From a virus, in IMG/VR virus record IMGVR_UViG_3300046373_000136, positions 14,155 to 78,154 of that record: a stretch of 64,000 bases of DNA. One strand, given 5' to 3'. This document shows, piece after piece, positions 57,894-64,000 of the stretch. The first letter of the stretch is position 1. The number at the start of each line of letters is the position of its first letter. The position numbers and the translations under genes were made by a program. The notes below the pieces were generated by a model. The model did no database searches. It was not told where the DNA came from and was given only the letters and a program-made list of their open reading frames with translations.

Positions 57894-58880
57894 ATGCATG
57901 AGTTCCAACAAGTAATGTTGCAAGAGGGCAATGAGCTTCGCTATGCCCGTAAGCACATCGACAAGATGCTGCGTGATGCAATCATGTCCAATGAAGACAT
58001 CATGGCCAAGCATGAAAAAGGCGTCATGCTCATGAATGCATACATCAACACCACGTATTCATACGACAGTAAGAATCGTCGTGTAGCTCAACTGGTCAAC
58101 ATGGACTTGAATGAACTAGTCATGGATGTCTTCGTTGGTGTGTGCTACACGCAGACACCAGAGTTGTTCACCAGTGTCACATCACAGATGGCTGGGCGTC
58201 TTCAGATGAGTGATAAACCTGAAGCGATACAGACCATTGCTGAAATCATGGCTGTGCTGTGCATGACCGATGCCTTCGACATCATGAAGGCCAGCTCTGG
58301 TGCATCGCTGATGATCCAGAGTCGGATACCACTACCCGATGAGCTGTTGGAGTATGTGGCCCACAGCGAATACCTGCCGCCTATGGTGTGTACACCGAAG
58401 GTGATCAGCAGCAACTATGAGAGTGGCTACCTCACCCTCACCGACTCATTGCTGTTGGGTAATGGCAATCACCATGATGGTGATCTGTGCTTGGACGTGA
58501 TCAACAAGGTGAATGCGGTCGCACTCAGCTTGGACCTTGAGTTCCTTTCCATAGTGGAAGAAACACCCAAGGACATCACGTTGGAGAACATCCAGAAGGA
58601 AGCCATGAAGCGTGGACAGATATTGTCCGATGCAGAGGCCAAGCAACGCATGCAGAAGGCATTGGAGAACTGGGACAAGTTCAAGGCCCAGTCCTATGTC
58701 TTCTACAGCCTCATGGCTCAGCAGGGCAATCGCTTTCACCTGTTGAACAAGTGGGACAAGCGTGGCCGGATGTATGCCCAGGGCTATCACATTACGACCC
58801 AGGGAGCACCGTTCAAAAAGAGTTCAATTGAGTTCGCTGATCCCGAGTTAATCGAAGTGCCACCGGAGTATCAATTATGA
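57894..58880 (+). CDS. RNA polymerase II subunit 1 (N4 gp15-like)
   Basis: YLPPMV.P, CLDVIN, DKRGR.Y.QGYH...QG. Confidence 0.92.
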   Translation: MHEFQQVMLQEGNELRYARKHIDKMLRDAIMSNEDIMAKHEKGVMLMNAYINTTYSYDSKNRRVAQLVNMDLNELVMDVFVGVCYTQTPELFTSVTSQMAGRLQMSDKPEAIQTIAEIMAVLCMTDAFDIMKASSGASLMIQSRIPLPDELLEYVAHSEYLPPMVCTPKVISSNYESGYLTLTDSLLLGNGNHHDGDLCLDVINKVNAVALSLDLEFLSIVEETPKDITLENIQKEAMKRGQILSDAEAKQRMQKALENWDKFKAQSYVFYSLMAQQGNRFHLLNKWDKRGRMYAQGYHITTQGAPFKKSSIEFADPELIEVPPEYQL

Positions 58881-59362
58881 GTGATCCAATAGATTTCACT
58901 AAGATCGAAGACCTGATCATTAAGGAGACTGGCATTAAAGACGACATGATGGATGCTATGACTCATGCCATGTTGTATGGCTCCGCTAGTTATACCGTAG
59001 GTATGGACAAAGGCAGAGGCCATAGTAAGTCTGTGGTCAACATACTGAAAGGACGTAACGTTGGAACCATCGGCCATATAGCAACAGGTAACTGGATCGA
59101 GAAGGCATGGATCAATGATTATTTCAATCGAGAGTGGCCTGATCGCATCATGCATGTGTTCCATCACACCAAAGGCTACATGGTGATTAAAGGTTATAGC
59201 CATCACCTATTACCGCCACATTGCTATGCCTTGATTGATAAGCAGTGGTATCAAACGAAGGGTAAAGGTAGAGGTCAACCTCGTCGTATTAAAGTATCTA
59301 AGGTACCAGCCGAGCACCGTCTATTCCTGATGGTGAACCATATCGATCAACCAAAGGAGTAA
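58877..59362 (+). CDS. Hypothetical protein (VPxExRL motif family)
   Basis: Coupled; C-terminal W...KVPAEHRLFL. Confidence 0.55.
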   Translation: MSDPIDFTKIEDLIIKETGIKDDMMDAMTHAMLYGSASYTVGMDKGRGHSKSVVNILKGRNVGTIGHIATGNWIEKAWINDYFNREWPDRIMHVFHHTKGYMVIKGYSHHLLPPHCYALIDKQWYQTKGKGRGQPRRIKVSKVPAEHRLFLMVNHIDQPKE

Positions 59363-59367
59363 TCAAT

Positions 59368-59568
59368 GTGACAGATCAATTGGTGTTCTATGCAGGCAGG
59401 CTGATTGAGCCTGTTAAGGATCATCAGCTTGATATTCCAGATGGTTCCTACATCCGTTATCCCAGTGGTAACTGGGCACATAAGGATGTAGTTAAGCGAT
59501 GGATTTCTATTGAAAATGTGCCCAAGGATATACGCCTCATGGCCTTCCTCATTACAGGTGAATCATGA
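59368..59568 (+). CDS. Hypothetical protein (VPxExRL motif family)
   Basis: W..W...NVPKDIRLMAFL. Confidence 0.55.
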   Translation: MTDQLVFYAGRLIEPVKDHQLDIPDGSYIRYPSGNWAHKDVVKRWISIENVPKDIRLMAFLITGES

Positions 59569-59795
59569 GTGTTTATATATTCTATAAAGGAGAACATAGG
59601 AAAACTGATAATTGGCTAAGTCTTTCAGTTGAAAAAGAATTACCCCCTATTGGGACTATTGCATTTAATGAATTAACAAGTAATTGGTTGACTGTAATAC
59701 CTATTATGACTGACAGGGGATGGACAGATTTACCTTTGCATAAAGTACCCAAAGAAATAAGACTCATGGTCCTACTCTTATCGGGCCAATCCTAA
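59565..59795 (+). CDS. Hypothetical protein (VPxExRL motif family)
   Basis: W..W...KVPKEIRLMVLL; AT-rich. Confidence 0.55.
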   Translation: MSVYIFYKGEHRKTDNWLSLSVEKELPPIGTIAFNELTSNWLTVIPIMTDRGWTDLPLHKVPKEIRLMVLLLSGQS

Positions 59796-59828
59796 ACCTC
59801 CGTTACCCACACCTTTAAGGAGCTTCAC

Positions 59829-61106
59829 ATGTTCAAGACTTACACCCCGTTTCAATGGCTGTTGATCGATGCAGCAAATAACTATGGCAACGGGCTGGAC
59901 AAGGACTTGTTCGAAGCCCGTATCCAATGGGGCTTGGACAACCTCACCACGCTCGAAGCACAGGCTGACAAGGCAGAGACCTATCCGCTCTACATGAAGG
60001 CCGTACAGGCCATCAGGAAGGCCCAGAAGGGCATCCCTACCGGTCACATGATCGGCATGGATGCAATCTGTTCCGGCATTCAACTGATGTCCTGCATGAC
60101 CGGCTGTGCGGTTGGTGCGGCCAACACTGGCCTGATCCTTCAGGATGAGCGTAGCGATGCCTACACGAAGTGCACAGAGGTCATGAATGGCATCCTGCAA
60201 ATGATCCAAGAGATCAGCCGCAAGGATGCTAAGAATGCCCTCATGACCAGCTTCTATGGCTCCCGTGAACAACCCATCCTGATCTTCGGTGCTGACACGG
60301 AAGAACTGGAAGCGTTCTATCAAGCCTCCACCATCATTGCACCAGGTGCTACGGAACTGAAGCAGGACTTGCTGGCCTCATGGCAACCGTTTGCCCTGAT
60401 GCATAGCTGGAAGCTGCCGGATGGCTTCGATGCAAAGATCAAGGTCATGACCAAGGTCGATGGCAAGGATAGCCGCAGCCGCGTGGAAGTGGATGAACTG
60501 GACCATGCTACGTTCACTTACGAGTACTTCATCAATGAAGGAGCCAAGAAAGGACTGTCCAATGTGGCCAACGTTGTGCACAGCATGGATGCCTATGTGC
60601 TGCGTACGATGCATCGCCGTTGTAACTATGATGCTGCAATGGTCAGAGCCGCAGGCGCTTGCATCATCATAGAAATGGATGAGCGTGATCGTGGCTTGCA
60701 AGATGTATCGATCAGTGTTGATGAAGAAGAATTGGCCAAGGTGCAGTATTACATCGCTCAGTATGAGCGTAGCACTGTTGCTGATGTGGTGATCCTGCCA
60801 TACATCAATGACCAGACTGTCAGGCTGCTCAGCACCAAGCATCTGAACAAACTGTGGAGCATCATCGACGGTATGCTGCAATACAAACCGTTCCCTATCG
60901 TTACGGTGCACGATGAGTTCAAGGCCCATGCCAACAACATCAACTGGATGCGTTGGACGTACAAGGAAATCTTGGCCGACATCGCAGATAGCGAAGTGCT
61001 GACGGACATCATGAATCAACTGCATGGCATCACCGATGGCAAGTACAAGAAGCTGTCCTACGATCTTGGTGACAAGATTCGTCAATCGAATTATGGCATC
61101 TGCTGA
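59829..61106 (+). CDS. RNA polymerase II subunit 2 (N4 gp16-like)
   Basis: DAICSGIQ (motif A), R...K...MT.FYGS (B), ANVVHS.D, VHDEF (C). Confidence 0.93.
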   Translation: MFKTYTPFQWLLIDAANNYGNGLDKDLFEARIQWGLDNLTTLEAQADKAETYPLYMKAVQAIRKAQKGIPTGHMIGMDAICSGIQLMSCMTGCAVGAANTGLILQDERSDAYTKCTEVMNGILQMIQEISRKDAKNALMTSFYGSREQPILIFGADTEELEAFYQASTIIAPGATELKQDLLASWQPFALMHSWKLPDGFDAKIKVMTKVDGKDSRSRVEVDELDHATFTYEYFINEGAKKGLSNVANVVHSMDAYVLRTMHRRCNYDAAMVRAAGACIIIEMDERDRGLQDVSISVDEEELAKVQYYIAQYERSTVADVVILPYINDQTVRLLSTKHLNKLWSIIDGMLQYKPFPIVTVHDEFKAHANNINWMRWTYKEILADIADSEVLTDIMNQLHGITDGKYKKLSYDLGDKIRQSNYGIC

Positions 61107-61108
61107 TC

Positions 61109-61201
61109 ATGACTTTCATTAAGGACATGATCTTCATCGTGGTCATGTGTGTGGTGCTGTATATCATCTCCACCCACATGATCGATGCCTACGCACATTA
61201 A
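61109..61201 (+). CDS. Micro membrane protein (30 aa)
   Basis: MTFIKDMIFIVVMCVVLYIISTH... Confidence 0.4.
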   Translation: MTFIKDMIFIVVMCVVLYIISTHMIDAYAH

Positions 61202-61210
61202 GGAGAAGTT

Positions 61211-61306
61211 ATGGATTGGAAAGATTGGACACTGGTAGGGATGATGGCAGGATGTGTCTGCGTCATTGTCTACTGTGTGTACATGATCGTAGTCAGCATA
61301 CCTTAG
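61211..61306 (+). CDS. Micro membrane protein (31 aa)
   Basis: TAAGGAG RBS; MDWKDWTLVGMMAGCVCVIVYCVYMIVVSIP. Confidence 0.5.
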   Translation: MDWKDWTLVGMMAGCVCVIVYCVYMIVVSIP

Positions 61307-61346
61307 TAGACCAGGCTCCCTCCGGGAGCTATACCGAGTATGAACC

Positions 61347-61392
61347 AGTGAGTATCCCTAGCCGACAGGCGCAGGGATACTCACTATTTTTT
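61347..61392 (+). terminator. Long-stem intrinsic terminator
   Basis: AGTGAGTATCCCT...AGGGATACTCACT followed by a T run. Confidence 0.65.
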
Positions 61393-61443
61393 ATTCAGAC
61401 ATCAGTGGACAACACAAAACCAACTACACAAGGAAAGACAGTC

Positions 61444-61719
61444 ATGCTATGGAAAACACTTGTTAAACGGGTGTATGACTATGCTCAGGATCACCCTGAA
61501 CATCAGTCCACACTCATTCTTAAACTCGCTGCACAGCAACTTGATAAGCCCATTATTACTGCACTCGAAGAAGTTGTACCTGACCAGGATAAAGTCAGCT
61601 TCATGCGAGACATGTTTCGTGATGCCTTCCCCAAGAAGCTGCAACGCCTCCCACTTAAAGTGGACCAAAACATCCATGGCGCATGGCGCGTCAAAGCAAT
61701 CAAGGAGACAGTCAAGTGA
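61444..61719 (+). CDS. Hypothetical protein
   Basis: AAGGA RBS before ATG 61444. Confidence 0.55.
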   Translation: MLWKTLVKRVYDYAQDHPEHQSTLILKLAAQQLDKPIITALEEVVPDQDKVSFMRDMFRDAFPKKLQRLPLKVDQNIHGAWRVKAIKETVK

Positions 61720-62024
61720 GCATCACAATATTTCGTCCTACCATTAACTTCGAAGGCTACCTCGATGTATTCAACTCCGTTGAAGTACACCCAGTGTATG
61801 AAGACGAAGAAAACAACTGCGAGATATGCGAGCCAGAGAAGGCAACCATGTGGTCTGTGTATCTGCACTACAACCCACAAGCTGCCACCAACAACCAGAT
61901 GGAAGGTGTCATCTGTGTTGCTGACTTCGAGACCAAAGGCCAAGCATACATCTTCGGCATTGCCCTCGATACCATCCTGATGAGCGTACTGCCACCAGGC
62001 CAGCACATTCCAATGAACATATAA
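61716..62024 (+). CDS. Hypothetical protein
   Basis: GTGA overlap; WSVYLH...G..C.ADF. Confidence 0.6.
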   Translation: MSITIFRPTINFEGYLDVFNSVEVHPVYEDEENNCEICEPEKATMWSVYLHYNPQAATNNQMEGVICVADFETKGQAYIFGIALDTILMSVLPPGQHIPMNI

Positions 62025-62029
62025 CCACC

Positions 62030-62218
62030 ATGAACACACCAGATAAATCAGCCACCGTCCCGGTGGTGCCAATGAACCTGTTCCCGACGATGGGCAGTCT
62101 CCAAGAGGTGATCGCCTATGCCAAGGCACAGCTCCCGATCACCAATGACAACATGCTGATGTCCATCATCGGCACCTACCACAACACGCTTCTCTCACTC
62201 CAATCTAAAGGCGAATAA
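62030..62218 (+). CDS. Small hypothetical protein
   Basis: LPIT..N.L.....YHNTLL; precedes the AAA gene. Confidence 0.6.
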   Translation: MNTPDKSATVPVVPMNLFPTMGSLQEVIAYAKAQLPITNDNMLMSIIGTYHNTLLSLQSKGE

Positions 62219-62220
62219 TC

Positions 62221-63330
62221 ATGGTCATGAAAGTCAATCTCACAGAAGCCAAAGAACTGGCTATCTTCTACATGGGCCTGGGCCTCCTGCCTATGCTGCA
62301 TGGCACCTTCGGTCTGGGCAAGTCATCCATTGCCAGGGAAATCGCAGATGAATTCAATCTGCTGCTGATCGACATGCGGCTCTCACAGTGTGACCCCACC
62401 GATCTGAACGGCTTCCCCAAGGAACGCAATGGTCGCTCGTACTATGCGCCACCGGAAAACATTCCACTGGCAGGTGATCCGTTACCCATTAAAACACCAG
62501 GGCGTCCTGCTATTAAAAAAGGAGACAAGTTACCTACGGGTGCTATTGCTCCTGCAAATGTTCCTGCTGTTGAACCTGTCTACTATGACGGCTGGCTCCT
62601 GTTCATGGACGAGATCAATTCGGCCGACGAAGACATGCAGGCAGCGTCCTACAAGGTCACCCTGGACCGTAAGATTGGTGACAAGGACGTGCACCCACAG
62701 TGCGCCATGATCGCCGCAGGCAACCTGGAAACAGACGGGGCAATCGTGAACCAGATGAGCAGCGCACTGGTCACCCGACTGGTTCACATCGTGATCGATA
62801 ACCAGCTCGAAGTGTTCCTGAAGTGGGCCAGCCAGATCAAGATGGACAGCCGTATCACGTCCTTCCTGAACTGGAAGCCAAGCTACCTGCATCACATCCC
62901 CGAGAACAACGATGACCCAACCTATGCTTGCAACCGGACCTGGGAATTCGCTGATCGTGTCTTTAAGAACAAGGACACCAGCGACAAGCTGTTCTTGCCG
63001 GCACTGGCAGGCTGCATCACACAGGGCATGGCCATGGAACTGGATACCCACATCAAGGTCTTTGCGACCCTGCCCAAGTATGCAGACATTATCAGCCAAC
63101 CGCTCTACACCACGATCCCGGAGGAACCAGGAACCATGTGGGCACTGATCGGCTTCGTGGCAGACAATGCCAAGAAAGCGGATATGCCCCAACTGATGCA
63201 ATTCATCAGCCGTCTGCCTAAGGAACACCAGGTGGTGCTCATGCTCGACATGGGCCGCAAGCATCCCGAGGTCATGAAGACTTCGGAAGTCACCAAGTGG
63301 TGCTCGGTCAACGCCAACGTCGTCTTTTAA
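62221..63330 (+). CDS. MoxR-like AAA+ ATPase (N4 gp24-like)
   Basis: G..G.GKS, D.RLSQ..PTD..G.P, FMDE, AAGN, RTWE. Confidence 0.88.
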   Translation: MVMKVNLTEAKELAIFYMGLGLLPMLHGTFGLGKSSIAREIADEFNLLLIDMRLSQCDPTDLNGFPKERNGRSYYAPPENIPLAGDPLPIKTPGRPAIKKGDKLPTGAIAPANVPAVEPVYYDGWLLFMDEINSADEDMQAASYKVTLDRKIGDKDVHPQCAMIAAGNLETDGAIVNQMSSALVTRLVHIVIDNQLEVFLKWASQIKMDSRITSFLNWKPSYLHHIPENNDDPTYACNRTWEFADRVFKNKDTSDKLFLPALAGCITQGMAMELDTHIKVFATLPKYADIISQPLYTTIPEEPGTMWALIGFVADNAKKADMPQLMQFISRLPKEHQVVLMLDMGRKHPEVMKTSEVTKWCSVNANVVF

Positions 63331-63373
63331 ATCACAGCTCCCTTCGGGGAGCTTTACCCTTCAGGAGTAAGAA

Positions 63374-63589
63374 ATGTTCTTTAAGAAAACGCTGCGAGAA
63401 GAAATGGAAATCGCACTGGAAGAAACCACACGCAGTCGGCTGGAACATGCCGACCAGATGGAATACCACCGCAACATGACCACCTACTTCATGGAAAAGG
63501 AAGCACGGCTCAAGCGTGAGCTGAGCACAGCTCCACCAGGATTGCCCGAGTCGGAACTGTTCACCTTTCAACGTCCAACCACAAACTAA
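63374..63589 (+). CDS. Hypothetical protein
   Basis: AGGAG RBS, coiled coil. Confidence 0.55.
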   Translation: MFFKKTLREEMEIALEETTRSRLEHADQMEYHRNMTTYFMEKEARLKRELSTAPPGLPESELFTFQRPTTN

Positions 63590-63593
63590 CACC

Positions 63594-63612
63594 AGGGGCA
63601 CTCCGTGCCCTT
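63594..63612 (+). promoter_or_regulatory. vRNAP-type hairpin element
   Basis: GGGCAC-TCC-GTGCCC. Confidence 0.45.
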
Positions 63613-63632
63613 AACCGACATGGAGAAACCCA

Positions 63633-64000
63633 ATGACCGCAGTTACCTTCGATAAGAACGCAGCCGATCTGTTGCTGAGCAAAGCAAAGATCGCTGTGAT
63701 GAAAGACCCCAAGCTGGTCTTTTTCAGCGTACTCATGATGAACATGCGTTATGCATGGCGCATGAGTATTCCCACAGCGGCCACTGATGGTCGCACCATT
63801 TATATTAACCCGGTGTCCTATGCTGATCTGACACCGGGACAACGAGTCTCCCGCCTGATGCATGAGGTCATGCACTGTGCCCTTTGCCACCTGTTGCGCA
63901 AGGGAAGCAAGAACCATCAGAAGTGGAATCGGGCCTGTGACTTCTACATCAATCTGATGCTGACAGACCAAGGCTTTGAGCGTATCCCTACCTGGCTCTG
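63633..64000 (+). CDS. DUF2201-like metallopeptidase/vWA partner of MoxR (gp25-like, partial)
   Basis: Manual translation: PTAATDG..I.INP, LMHEVMH.AL.H, WN.ACD..IN. Confidence 0.85.
   Translation, partial: MTAVTFDKNAADLLLSKAKIAVMKDPKLVFFSVLMMNMRYAWRMSIPTAATDGRTIYINPVSYADLTPGQRVSRLMHEVMHCALCHLLRKGSKNHQKWNRACDFYINLMLTDQGFERIPTWL

Noticed and set aside
1-64000. Absence of DNA polymerase and helicase as an anomaly
   Set aside because: Expected downstream of the gp24/gp25-like genes, outside this window

Overview
About 64 kb of a lytic N4-like podovirus (Schitoviridae), apparently circularly permuted, with the physical genome ends probably near 54.6-54.8 kb. Hallmarks are a 3482-aa virion RNA polymerase (I saw no Cys in it), a split two-subunit RNAP II with a gp2/Drc-like activator, the N4-type primase/Sak4/SSB/RuvC replication block, the gp51-gp59 virion block (major capsid, portal) and the gp67-gp69 adaptor/terminase genes. 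Accessory content includes ThyX, a class II RNR, dUTPase, four tRNAs, a relocated tail/lysis module with several large mosaic receptor-binding proteins, and a TraR/DksA-like gene at the left edge. Top leads: (1) a translationally coupled cassette of putative immune-signal sponges (Gp49/Acb4-like, a Tad2-like fusion, crAss001_48-like) behind a structured leader; (2) an ejection-protein homolog carrying a GH73 peptidoglycan hydrolase and an intact staphylococcal-nuclease domain, with an A9 slippery run before them; (3) a signal-peptide HNH nuclease in the lysis cassette; (4) structured non-coding RNAs among the tRNAs, some carrying rRNA-like words. All family assignments come from motif recognition and synteny by eye; no searches were run.
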